A stretch of DNA of 64,000 bases, from contig CAWAAX010000026.1 of the NCBI GenBank assembly GCA_963780225.1, positions 128,001 through 192,000 of the forward strand, written 5' to 3'. Positions 18,886 to 28,039 of the stretch are shown here, in pieces. Position 1 is the first letter of the stretch. Each line of letters begins with the position of its first letter. The notes under the pieces were generated by a model. That model was not told the DNA's origin. It saw nothing but the letters and a program-made list of their open reading frames with translations, and did not search any database. The position numbers were made by a program, and so were the translations under genes. This DNA comes from an uncultured bacterium. GTDB lineage: Bacteria; Edwardsbacteria; AC1; EtOH8.

Positions 18886-19024
18886 ATACCACCCCTTATA
18901 TAAAAAAGTGGGTGGTGTGAATGTCAAGGCTTCGAACTTTTCTGAAAAGGAAAGGGCGGGGCCTTTTTCGTTTGGATGTTTTATTTATTTAACAAAATCA
19001 ATAAAAGCAAATAAGGGAGGGAAC

Positions 19025-22000
19025 ATGTACGGAAAAAGTTTTCAGGTAAAAAGCAAAGCTGTATTGCTATTACTCCTTGCTGGTTTCTTTTTTTATGACG
19101 CAGCAGCATTGGCCGAAACAAACACTCCGTCTATTGTTATTGACGGTCCCGTTATTCTACCGCCAGAAGTACAAGCAAAAACAGATGAAGATAGCGCATA
19201 TTATGGTGAAGCAACTTCACCAAAAGGTTCAGGTTATATCAGCAATATATATGGATATTACTTTACGGCCGCACCATATAATAATCGAGGCACGTATGTA
19301 TCTGGCACAAATCTTTATGTACAGGCACCATACCCTGGGGTAGCACTTACCTATTATTATCACGGTGTTGAAGTAACAGCAACTACGGCCGGCAAGTATT
19401 ATCTAAATATTTCTTCTGAACCGGCTCTTCCATGGAACCCTTTTATGACCATACCCTCAGGAGTACCTATTAATGAATCAGCCCATTATGACATGGTTGC
19501 CAACGAAAAACGTGTAATCGGACTATTTTGGATATACCCACAGTATACAAATTATGGCGGGGCAATAAGCATTGAACTTAAAGAAGATGTGCTTCTTCTT
19601 GACCCCGTGTTGCAAACTAAAACATATTATTGTAACTCAGATGCTGATTTGCCGACAAGCTCAGTAGTACCATTGACAATTAACAGAACTGATACTGTAT
19701 TTACGGTTTCTTGGAGCGGTTCAGATGGGACCGCATCTGGCAATTCAGGTTTATGGAAATATGATGTTCAATATAAAATTGATGGTGGTGCCTGGACGGA
19801 TTGGAAGGTAGGGGTTACAACAACATCGTCCAGTTTCACAGCAAGGACCGGGCACACCTATTATTTCCAATCGCGGGCTTACGACCATGTTGGCAACGTA
19901 GAATTATACCCTGGTGGTAATGGCGATACATACACCATTATTCCAACATTATATAATGTTAACTTCACTACTTATACTACCGGCACTACATCTGGTTTGC
20001 AAATAAAAATAGATGGTGTTGCAAAAACAGCGCCATTTACAGAAAAATGGTTCAGCGGCGCTACCCATTCAATAGAAGCATTTACACAAAGCGGCGGGAC
20101 CGGCAAACAATATACATTTATGTTGTGGAAGAAAGACGGTGCGTTTCAATCAACTTGGAATTCAATAGTTAGTACTTCAGTTACGGCCAACACAAACATT
20201 GAATGTGATTATTATACTGAATATCAATTAACAATGGTAAAGGGTACGGGCTGCGCCACAACTACACCTACAGCTGGTACCTCATGGCAGAGAGACAATG
20301 TTGGTGTGCCAATTAATGCCACCGCTTCAACAGGGTATAATTGGAGTAACTGGTCTGGTTCAGGGACAGGTTCATACACAGGCACAACACAATCAAATAC
20401 AATATACTTAGGAGGGCCGGTTACACAAACTGCTAATTTTGTGGCACCTCTTGTATCAATTACCGTTACTACCAACCCCGCCGGAAGGTCTATAATAGTT
20501 GATGGAACGACTTATACCGCCCCGCAAACTTTTAGCTGGACCTCTGGTTCATCGCATACTATAAACACAACATCACCTCAAGCCGGGACAACCGGGACAC
20601 AGTATGTTTATTCCAGTTGGAGCGATGCTGGCGCACAGTCACATACTGTGACACCCACCAGTAATACCACCTATACCTGCAACTTTACCACCCAATATTA
20701 CTTAACAATGGTTGCCGGAACTGGCGGCACGGTAAGCCCCGCCAGCGGGTGGAAAAACGCAGCGGCTACGCAAGCCATCAGTGCCACGGCAAATACCGGT
20801 TATACGTTTAGCAGTTGGACTGGAAGTGGCACGGGGTCATATACCGGAACAACGAATGCAACAAACATAACCATGAACGGTCCGATAACTGAATCGGCAA
20901 GCTTTACGGTAAATGGTGTGTTGACTATATCTTTCAACGGTAACCCAACTGGCAGGACAATCATTGTAGACGGGACAACGTATACTACCCCATGGTCAAC
21001 TACTGCCTGGACCGCTGGATCCACGCATACTATTAACACAACATCACCTCAAGCCGGGACAACCGGGACACAGTATGTTTATTCCAGCTGGAGCGATGGC
21101 GGTGCTCAGTCGCACACAATAACGACACCAGCGAGTAATACCACCTATACCTGCAACTTTACCACCCAATATTACTTAACAATGGTTCCCGGAACTGGCG
21201 GTACGGTAAGCCCGGCCAGCGGGTGGAAAAACGCGGCAGCTACGCAGGCCATCAGTGCCACGGCAAATACTGGTTATACTTTTAGCAGTTGGACAGGTAG
21301 CGGCACGGGGTCGTATACCGGGACTACGAATTCAACAAATATAACCATTAACGGGCCAATAACTGAGACGGCGAACTTTACTATGGGGACTGGCGATCCC
21401 TATGAGCCAAATGATACTTACACCGGAGCCTACCACATATATTATGGGGATTCGCTAACCGCTTGTGTAATAGATCCCGAGGCGGATTATGATTGGTTCT
21501 ACTTTGATGGGGCAGCAGGTGACAGTGTTCAAATGACAGCCTATGCATACAACATTTTGGCCGGCTCAACATTAGATTCTTACATTGCACTATATGCATC
21601 TGATGGCACGACCTATATTACAGGTAACGATGATTGGCCCGGACTCTATTATAGTTCACGGATTGAATATGTTTTAAGCCTAAGTGGCAGGTACTATATA
21701 AAGGTTAGCCAACTTGGTTATAAAGGTTCTAAAGGGCCAAGCACAAACAGCAAGGCCATAGTAGACAATTATAATTGTGTTGCTAATGTTTCTAATGATG
21801 CTCAAAGTTTAAGTAGCAAGGCCATAAAAATTAATTATCAATTTATCAATAAAGGTGTTCAAATAACAGACAGCAAAGCCATTGAAGACAACTATCACTT
21901 GGTGTTGAAAAAGTTAAATACCGGGGGGAGCGACCCATGGTCTTGGGATCAGTCTACCGACCCAACCTTGGTCGGCAACGCCTTCAGCGCCCAGAATTTT

Positions 22001-22783
22001 GAGACTGCCTATGACATCTACGACAGCTGGGGCGGTGATGATTTCTTTGTGTGGGGAGACTCGGCTATCGTAAAAAGCGTTAGTATTATAGGCTCCTACA
22101 GCGCCACAGGCCCCACAGACAGCCTTTATTTAGCCATAACTACCGATAGCTCTAACTACCCAGCCTTAAGCCATACGGTATGGTCTGGACACATCTTACC
22201 GGCCAACTACACGGACAATGCGGGTTCCTTTGTGATAAACCTGCCTAACTGGGCCCACCTGATGCCGGGCCATTACTGGTTCGTGATGCAGGCCATGATG
22301 AACTACGACCCAGCTGAACAATGGTATTGGGCAGTACGCGAGGTGGTGGCCGGAACCATTGAAGGTGCCCAGTTCAACCCCGGTAATGGTTTTGGCTTTG
22401 GCACCGATTGGATGTATCTTTCTTCCGTAGCAACATACGGGCAGCTAGACTTTCGGTTCGCCCTGAACGGCATCAATTATGGTACTGGGGTGGAAGGCCA
22501 ACCAACCGAAACCGATAAACCCAGGTCATCATTACTTCTGTCAAACTACCCCAACCCGGTGAAGAGTTCAACCACTTTTTCGTTCAACCTGCCCAAACCC
22601 GGTCCATACACCCTTAAGGTTTACAACATCTCTGGGCAATTGGTTTATAACCAAAGCGGCCAGGGCAAGGATGGCATTAACAATGTGCTTTGGAACGCTA
22701 ATAGAGCTTGCGCCGGGGTCTACTTCTACAACCTTAGTTGCGGGGGGCAGTCTGCCACTAAGAAACTGATTGTTGTAAAGTAA
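19025..22783 (+). CDS. Large secreted/surface protein: FN3-like domain, tandem divergent InlB-B-like repeats, PPC-like domain, C-terminal FlgD-Ig/T9SS-like sorting domain
   Basis: GGGAGG RBS before ATG 19025; signal peptide; YDVQYK..YYFQSRAYD; repeats TATANTGYTFSSWTG; DPYEPND; C-terminus NYPNP...GVYFYNL...KKLIVVK. Confidence 0.8.
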   Translation: MYGKSFQVKSKAVLLLLLAGFFFYDAAALAETNTPSIVIDGPVILPPEVQAKTDEDSAYYGEATSPKGSGYISNIYGYYFTAAPYNNRGTYVSGTNLYVQAPYPGVALTYYYHGVEVTATTAGKYYLNISSEPALPWNPFMTIPSGVPINESAHYDMVANEKRVIGLFWIYPQYTNYGGAISIELKEDVLLLDPVLQTKTYYCNSDADLPTSSVVPLTINRTDTVFTVSWSGSDGTASGNSGLWKYDVQYKIDGGAWTDWKVGVTTTSSSFTARTGHTYYFQSRAYDHVGNVELYPGGNGDTYTIIPTLYNVNFTTYTTGTTSGLQIKIDGVAKTAPFTEKWFSGATHSIEAFTQSGGTGKQYTFMLWKKDGAFQSTWNSIVSTSVTANTNIECDYYTEYQLTMVKGTGCATTTPTAGTSWQRDNVGVPINATASTGYNWSNWSGSGTGSYTGTTQSNTIYLGGPVTQTANFVAPLVSITVTTNPAGRSIIVDGTTYTAPQTFSWTSGSSHTINTTSPQAGTTGTQYVYSSWSDAGAQSHTVTPTSNTTYTCNFTTQYYLTMVAGTGGTVSPASGWKNAAATQAISATANTGYTFSSWTGSGTGSYTGTTNATNITMNGPITESASFTVNGVLTISFNGNPTGRTIIVDGTTYTTPWSTTAWTAGSTHTINTTSPQAGTTGTQYVYSSWSDGGAQSHTITTPASNTTYTCNFTTQYYLTMVPGTGGTVSPASGWKNAAATQAISATANTGYTFSSWTGSGTGSYTGTTNSTNITINGPITETANFTMGTGDPYEPNDTYTGAYHIYYGDSLTACVIDPEADYDWFYFDGAAGDSVQMTAYAYNILAGSTLDSYIALYASDGTTYITGNDDWPGLYYSSRIEYVLSLSGRYYIKVSQLGYKGSKGPSTNSKAIVDNYNCVANVSNDAQSLSSKAIKINYQFINKGVQITDSKAIEDNYHLVLKKLNTGGSDPWSWDQSTDPTLVGNAFSAQNFETAYDIYDSWGGDDFFVWGDSAIVKSVSIIGSYSATGPTDSLYLAITTDSSNYPALSHTVWSGHILPANYTDNAGSFVINLPNWAHLMPGHYWFVMQAMMNYDPAEQWYWAVREVVAGTIEGAQFNPGNGFGFGTDWMYLSSVATYGQLDFRFALNGINYGTGVEGQPTETDKPRSSLLLSNYPNPVKSSTTFSFNLPKPGPYTLKVYNISGQLVYNQSGQGKDGINNVLWNANRACAGVYFYNLSCGGQSATKKLIVVK

Positions 22784-22825
22784 ATAACAACACCATTCAG
22801 CAAAAACCTGCAAGCTAAACTCAAA

Positions 22826-22852
22826 AGAAGCCCCGCAAAAAGCGGGGCTTCT
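22826..22852 (+). terminator. Intrinsic terminator
   Basis: AGAAGCCCCGC-AAAAA-GCGGGGCTTCT. Confidence 0.7.
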
Positions 22853-22915
22853 TAGTTGACAATTTTACCTTGTTGGTTTAAAATAGATTTGTCAATTATC
22901 TTATTGAGGAGGGTT

Positions 22916-23611
22916 ATGATCAGCCGAATAAATATTACTATTTTGTTTGTTTTATTATTGTATTTCACAAATAGTGGTGCAACAATATCAAAAGCAATTG
23001 CCGACAGCACCGCAAATGCCCAGTATACCAGCCAATTTGGCACAAATTATGAAGCCAACGCATTATTCTACGACGGTTTTGGTTTTATAACGGCCAGCTG
23101 TCTGGCCCGGTCCGGCTTGGCCGCAGATGGCGGGTGCGGGTACAATTTAACCTACCCCTCTCTGGCCGTGACCACCACCAAAGAGACGGACACCCTTGCC
23201 GCTCTTGACGAGGGGAACAAGGTCTGCATATTGGATACCATGGCATTATCCGATATTTTGGCGGTGCAAACAAAAGTTATTGATTTTTTAGAGCAAAATG
23301 TTGAAGGCCCCGCCGGGGTTGAGAATTACGAAGAGGCAAAAACAATTAAATGGTCTGATCTAAAATTAAAAACGTGTGGCAATATAATAACCTATCAATT
23401 GCCACAAGGCGGGTCACTTCAATTAAAACTTTACAATCTTAATGGGCAGTTGGTCCGAATATTAGCGGACGGGGAAAGGGCGATTGGAACCCATCAAATA
23501 AGCTGGGATGGCCGGGATCAAGCCGGGCGGATGGTTTCCAGCGGAATTTACCTGGTAAAATTAACGGCAGGGCAACAACAGGCATCAGCCAAGCTGGTGT
23601 TTGTAAAATAA
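22916..23611 (+). CDS. Secreted protein with C-terminal FlgD-Ig/T9SS-like domain
   Basis: AGGAGG RBS; signal-like N-terminus; LYNLNGQLVR...WDGRDQAGRMVSSGIYLVKL. Confidence 0.7.
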   Translation: MISRINITILFVLLLYFTNSGATISKAIADSTANAQYTSQFGTNYEANALFYDGFGFITASCLARSGLAADGGCGYNLTYPSLAVTTTKETDTLAALDEGNKVCILDTMALSDILAVQTKVIDFLEQNVEGPAGVENYEEAKTIKWSDLKLKTCGNIITYQLPQGGSLQLKLYNLNGQLVRILADGERAIGTHQISWDGRDQAGRMVSSGIYLVKLTAGQQQASAKLVFVK

Positions 23612-23627
23612 ATGTGTTGTGGTGTTG

Positions 23628-23657
23628 AAAAGAGAAGCCTTTCAGGCTTCTCTTTTT
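23628..23657 (+). terminator. Intrinsic terminator
   Basis: AAAAGAGAAGCCT-TTC-AGGCTTCTCTTTT. Confidence 0.75.
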
Positions 23658-23995
23658 GTTGACGGGGCAAAATAATTATATTTATTGGTTGACTTAATCC
23701 AAAATATCAGTATACTTAAGGTCATGAGCCAATTAATTCCTTTTAGCTCATGCACATACCCCAAAAGTATTTCTATCCGCAGACTTCGGCGTGAGCTCAG
23801 TCGAACGCTTTCACAGATTTTCACAGATTATTTCTATTCACGTTAATATATTTAGGTACAAATATAATCTTTGCCATCATTCGGCTAACGCTCACGACAG
23901 CATCTGCGTTAATAGTTTGGTAACCACTCACTACAACGTCTGTGGATAAAGGTTCCTGAGAAAGTTAGATAATCATTAATTCCTTATTTCTGCTA

Positions 23996-24616
23996 ATGTC
24001 CACTCTTCAGCAATTGACTCCGGTCCAGCAGGACGCCTTAAAAGAGGTGTTCAACATCGGGTCGGGCCAGGCGGCCACCACCCTGGCCGAGGTGTTGGGG
24101 CTTAAGGTGATGGTCTCGGTTCCCATGATCGGCATCAAGCCGGTGGACGAAGTGCTGGACGCCCTGGCCAAGCCGGGCATCCCTGTCTTGAGCCTGGTCA
24201 ACATCTTCGCCGGGGACGTCTCCGGGGCCACGGTCTGGTTGATGCCGGGCGACAAGGCCCGCGATTTTGCCCAGCAGTGCTGGCAGCACATGCCTCAGGC
24301 CAGGAAGTCCTCTGAGTTCAACTTTGGTAAGATCCACCGCGAGATCTCGGAGATCATGACAGGCGCCTATCTCAACGCTATGGAGGATATGCTGTCTCTG
24401 ATGACAGTGCCCTCCACTCCGCTGATGCTTTCGGGTGTGATGAAGAACATTCTGGGAAAGATCCTGGCCGATCGGACCGAGGCCGGCCTGGTGGCCTACG
24501 TCCAAAACAAGTTCAGCTTCGGGGAGAAGGAGCACGGCTTTAGCGGATATTTCATGATGATGCCGGAAGCCGAATCGCTGAGAAAGATGCTGGAGATACT
24601 GAAGGTGGCGGAGTGA
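23996..24616 (+). CDS. cheC: CheC-family phosphatase
   Basis: QDALKEVFNIGSGQAATTL..VSVP; EISEIMTGAYLNAM. Confidence 0.8.
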   Translation: MSTLQQLTPVQQDALKEVFNIGSGQAATTLAEVLGLKVMVSVPMIGIKPVDEVLDALAKPGIPVLSLVNIFAGDVSGATVWLMPGDKARDFAQQCWQHMPQARKSSEFNFGKIHREISEIMTGAYLNAMEDMLSLMTVPSTPLMLSGVMKNILGKILADRTEAGLVAYVQNKFSFGEKEHGFSGYFMMMPEAESLRKMLEILKVAE

Positions 24617-24800
24617 AAAGATTAATTAACCACAGAAAGCACAAAAGCCACAAAGGGATTTTTAAAAAAGGGCCCCGGGACTTGAAAAGGCCGGGGTTTT
24701 TGCGTGTTGTGTTGTGCCGATAAATGGGTATAAAATACATCAATATTGTAACCTATTCCCCGTTACATCCAAACAGCGGAAACGAAGGGGCGGTCTGGCC

Positions 24801-24844
24801 TTGACAAATAATTGTAATTACATTATAATTACATTGTAATTACA
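24801..24844 (+). promoter_or_regulatory. Consensus sigma70 promoter with triple palindromic operator of the TA operon
   Basis: TTGACA(24801)-17 nt-TATAAT(24824); TRTAATTACA at 24813, 24824, 24835 (11-nt period). Confidence 0.75.
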
Positions 24845-24859
24845 ATGCAAGGAGAACAA

Positions 24860-25108
24860 ATGAAAGCCGAGATAATAACCATAGGGAATTCCAGGGGGAT
24901 CCGCATACCCAAACTGGTGCTGGAGCAATGCGGGATCAAGAAGGATATCACCCTGGAAATAGAGAATGACAGGATAGTGATCGCCCCGGCCAAAAGAAAA
25001 CCCCGGGCGGGCTGGGACCAGGCCTTCGGGCTGATGGGGCAGAACGGGGACGACGCCCTGCTGATAGACGACAAGATCGGCCTGGAGATGGAGCATTGGA
25101 AATGGTAG
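24860..25108 (+). CDS. mazE: AbrB/MazE-family antitoxin
   Basis: IGNSRGIRIPK; RAGW; AAGGAG RBS; overlaps the toxin gene. Confidence 0.88.
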   Translation: MKAEIITIGNSRGIRIPKLVLEQCGIKKDITLEIENDRIVIAPAKRKPRAGWDQAFGLMGQNGDDALLIDDKIGLEMEHWKW

Positions 25109-25425
25109 TTCGCCAGTACGATATATTTATGATCTCGCTGGACCCGGCCCGGGGCCACGAGATAAAAAAATCCCGGCCCTGCCTGGTGATCTCCCCGGAC
25201 GAGATGAACGGCAACATCTCCACGGTCATCATCGCCCCCATGACCACCGCCTCTCACCCCTATCCCAGCCGGGTGCCGCTCCAGTTCGCCGGCAAGCAGG
25301 GATGGGTGGTGCTGGACCAGCTGCGGACAGTGGACAAATTGCGGCTGGTCAAACGGCTGGGGGCGGCCGACGAGACGGTGATAAAAAAGGTAAAAGAAGT
25401 GATCAAGGAAATGCTGGTGGACTGA
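25096..25425 (+). CDS. mazF: PemK/MazF-family endoribonuclease toxin
   Basis: LDPARGHEIKKSRPCLVISPDEMN...DQLRTVDK.RL. Confidence 0.92.
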   Translation: MEMVVRQYDIFMISLDPARGHEIKKSRPCLVISPDEMNGNISTVIIAPMTTASHPYPSRVPLQFAGKQGWVVLDQLRTVDKLRLVKRLGAADETVIKKVKEVIKEMLVD

Positions 25426-25437
25426 ACCAAACAATGG

Positions 25438-25488
25438 TAACCTAACCCCCGCCCCTTCCCTCGAGGGAAGGGGAAAGGGGATGGGTTA
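25438..25488. repeat. CCCCTTCCC..GGGAAGGGG branched palindrome directly upstream of the DUF559 gene
   Basis: TAACCTAACCCCCGCCCCTTCCCTCGAGGGAAGGGGAAAGGGGATGGGTTA; relatives at 31806-31865, 53859-53913, partial at 43560-43605 and 49874-49900. Confidence 0.7.
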
Positions 25489-25495
25489 AAAGGAA

Positions 25496-25843
25496 ATGAT
25501 AAGAAACCAGTTCTATTCGCAAAAAAAGCTTTTCCTTGCCAAACTAATGCGCCAAAGAATGACTCCGGCAGAAAAGGTATTTTGGCAGGCGGTAAAGGGA
25601 AATAAAGTAAAAGGACTGCACTTCAGGCGGCAGCAGATCATCAAAGGTTTTATCGCAGATTTCTACTGTGACAAGCTCAAGCTGGTGGTGGAAATAGACG
25701 GCGGCATACATGAATCACAAAAAGACTATGATGCTGAAAGAGACAAGGTGATCAAGGATCACGAAATAAGAGTGATACGTTTTACTAATCAAGAGGTCCT
25801 GAACAACATAGCAACTATCATAAAGCAACTGGAGTCCATTTGA
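25496..25843 (+). CDS. DUF559 / Vsr-like endonuclease-domain protein
   Basis: MTPAE..W, FRRQQII..FIADFYC..KLVVEIDGGIH..D.ERD..RVIRFTN. Confidence 0.9.
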   Translation: MIRNQFYSQKKLFLAKLMRQRMTPAEKVFWQAVKGNKVKGLHFRRQQIIKGFIADFYCDKLKLVVEIDGGIHESQKDYDAERDKVIKDHEIRVIRFTNQEVLNNIATIIKQLESI

Positions 25844-27597
25844 TGAAAAAACTCTTATCCGGCAACGAAGCAGTGGCCCGGGGGGCCTGGGAGGCGGGGG
25901 TCAATGTGGTCTCGGCCTATCCCGGCACGCCCTCAACCGAGATACTGGAGAACCTGGCCAAGTACAAGGAGATCTACGCCGAGCTGGCCACCAACGAAAA
26001 GGTGGGGCTGGAGGTGGCGGCCGGAGCCTCGTTCGCCGGGGCCCGGGCCCTGACCTGCATGAAGCACGTGGGGCTTAACGTGGCGGCCGACCCACTGTTC
26101 TCCATGGCCTACATCGGGGCCAGCGGGGGTTTTGTGATCGTCTCGGCCGACGATCCCGGCATGCATTCCTCCCAGAACGAGCAGGACAACCGCTACTACG
26201 CCAAGATGGCCAAGATCCCCTGCCTGGAGCCCTCCGATTCCCAGGAATGCCTGGAGATGACCCGTCTGGCCTTTGAGCTTTCGGAAAAGTACGACACCCC
26301 GGTGCTGCTGCGGCTGACCACCAGGATCTCCCACTCCAAGGGCGTGGTGGAGCTGGGCGAGCGGAAGGAGCACAAACCCACCGGCTATGTCAAGAACATC
26401 GCCAAGAACATCACCATCCCGGCCCACGCCCGAAAGATGCACGCTAAGGTGGAAGAGCGCCTGAAGAAATTGGCCGAGTACGGCGAAAGCTTTCCCTACA
26501 ATAGGATAGAAAAGGGGGACCAGAAGCTGGGGATCATCACCAGCGGCATTTCCTATCAGTACGCCAAGGACATTTTTCCCGGAGCTTCTTACCTGAAGCT
26601 CTCGCTAACTTTTCCCCTGCCGCAGAAGCTGATCGCCGGTTTCATCAACTCGGTCGATGAAGTTTATGTGATCGAGGAGAACGACACCTTCCTGGAAGAA
26701 CAGATAAAAGCCATGGGTTACCAGGTCAAAGGCCAGAGCGCTTTTGAGAAGGAGATCACCGGTAAATCCAAGGTGCCGATCCTGGGCGAGCTGGATCCCA
26801 CCGCGGTGGCCAGAAGTTTTGGCCTGCAAAAAGAGCCGGCCTATCAGAACATTCAAGTCCCTGGCCGGCCGCCGGTGCTGTGTCCCGGCTGCCCGCACCG
26901 CGGGGTGTTCTATGCCCTAAACAAGCTGAAGCTGACGGTGACCGGCGACATCGGCTGTTACACTTTGGGGATGATGGAGCCGCTCAACGCCATGGACACC
27001 GTGATCTGCATGGGCGGCAGCGTCACCGCGGCCATGGGACTGGAGAAGGCGCTGGGCGTTGAGATGGCCCAAAGGACCGTGGCGGTGATCGGCGACTCCA
27101 CCTTCTTCCATTCCGGGATCACCGGGCTGATAGACATGGTCTACAACAATTCCCAAGGGACGCTGATAATCCTGGACAACCGGATCACCGCCATGACCGG
27201 GCACCAGGAAAACCCCGGCACCGGCAAGACCCTGCAGGGGCAGGAGGCCCCGATAGTGGACCTGGAACCACTGGTCAGGTCGTGCGGGGTCAAGCATGTC
27301 CAGATCATCGATCCCCTGAACCTGAAGCAGACCGAGGCGTCTATCAAAGAAGCGATAAACAATCCCGGGGTCTCGGTGATCATCGCCAAGTCGCCCTGCA
27401 TCCTGATCGAGAAGAAATTCCAGCCGGCATTGAGGGTGGACGAGGACAAGTGCATCGGCTGCAAGCTTTGCCTGAAGCTGGGATGCCCGGCCATTTCGTT
27501 CGACAAGGCCAAGAAAAAATCCCATATAGATCCCCTGTACTGCATCGGATGCCAGGTCTGCGCGCAACTTTGTCCTAAACAGGCCATGGGACGTTGA
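25843..27597 (+). CDS. iorA: Indolepyruvate:ferredoxin oxidoreductase alpha subunit
   Basis: GNEAVARG, YPGTPSTE, MKHVGLNVAAD, SSQNEQD, CPGCPH, GDIGC, GDSTFFHSG, C-terminal 2x[4Fe-4S]. Confidence 0.95.
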   Translation: MKKLLSGNEAVARGAWEAGVNVVSAYPGTPSTEILENLAKYKEIYAELATNEKVGLEVAAGASFAGARALTCMKHVGLNVAADPLFSMAYIGASGGFVIVSADDPGMHSSQNEQDNRYYAKMAKIPCLEPSDSQECLEMTRLAFELSEKYDTPVLLRLTTRISHSKGVVELGERKEHKPTGYVKNIAKNITIPAHARKMHAKVEERLKKLAEYGESFPYNRIEKGDQKLGIITSGISYQYAKDIFPGASYLKLSLTFPLPQKLIAGFINSVDEVYVIEENDTFLEEQIKAMGYQVKGQSAFEKEITGKSKVPILGELDPTAVARSFGLQKEPAYQNIQVPGRPPVLCPGCPHRGVFYALNKLKLTVTGDIGCYTLGMMEPLNAMDTVICMGGSVTAAMGLEKALGVEMAQRTVAVIGDSTFFHSGITGLIDMVYNNSQGTLIILDNRITAMTGHQENPGTGKTLQGQEAPIVDLEPLVRSCGVKHVQIIDPLNLKQTEASIKEAINNPGVSVIIAKSPCILIEKKFQPALRVDEDKCIGCKLCLKLGCPAISFDKAKKKSHIDPLYCIGCQVCAQLCPKQAMGR

Positions 27598-27637
27598 CGG
27601 TACTAACGATAAGCGTAATAACGTAGGGGACGCAAAG

Positions 27638-28006
27638 ATGAATAAGTTCAGAGATCTTAGGGTTTACCAAAAGGGAGTTAAATACTCAAGAGCCATTTAT
27701 GATATAACGGCTAAATTTCCCAGAAGTGAAATACTTGGCCTGACCTCACAAATAAGAAGAGCCTCATACTCTATTGTCTTGAATATTGCCGAAGGGGCCG
27801 GTAGCGGCTCGGTAAAAGAATTTCATCGCTTTCTTGATATTGCGCAAAGATCCACTTTCGAAGTTATGGCTGGACTGGATATCGCACGGGAAATCGGACT
27901 GATTGAAGATTTGGATTACCAAAGTAACCAACAAGAGGCTGTTGAGATTAGCGTGATGCTCAAAGGATTACAGCGTAGCTTAAAGCAAAATAACGCCAAA
28001 CGTTAA
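27638..28006 (+). CDS. Four helix bundle protein (23S rRNA IVP-like family)
   Basis: FRDLRVYQ..FP.SE..GLTSQIRRASYSIVLNIAEG...EF.RFL.IA; lower GC than flanks. Confidence 0.9.
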   Translation: MNKFRDLRVYQKGVKYSRAIYDITAKFPRSEILGLTSQIRRASYSIVLNIAEGAGSGSVKEFHRFLDIAQRSTFEVMAGLDIAREIGLIEDLDYQSNQQEAVEISVMLKGLQRSLKQNNAKR

Positions 28007-28039
28007 ACGTTAATACGTTACTACGATAGAAAGGAAACA

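Noticed and set aside
18833..19024. N-terminal extension MPDQTRPDQTR... as part of the 1316-aa protein
   Set aside because: It arises from the CCAGA microsatellite; the RBS and signal peptide point to ATG 19025.
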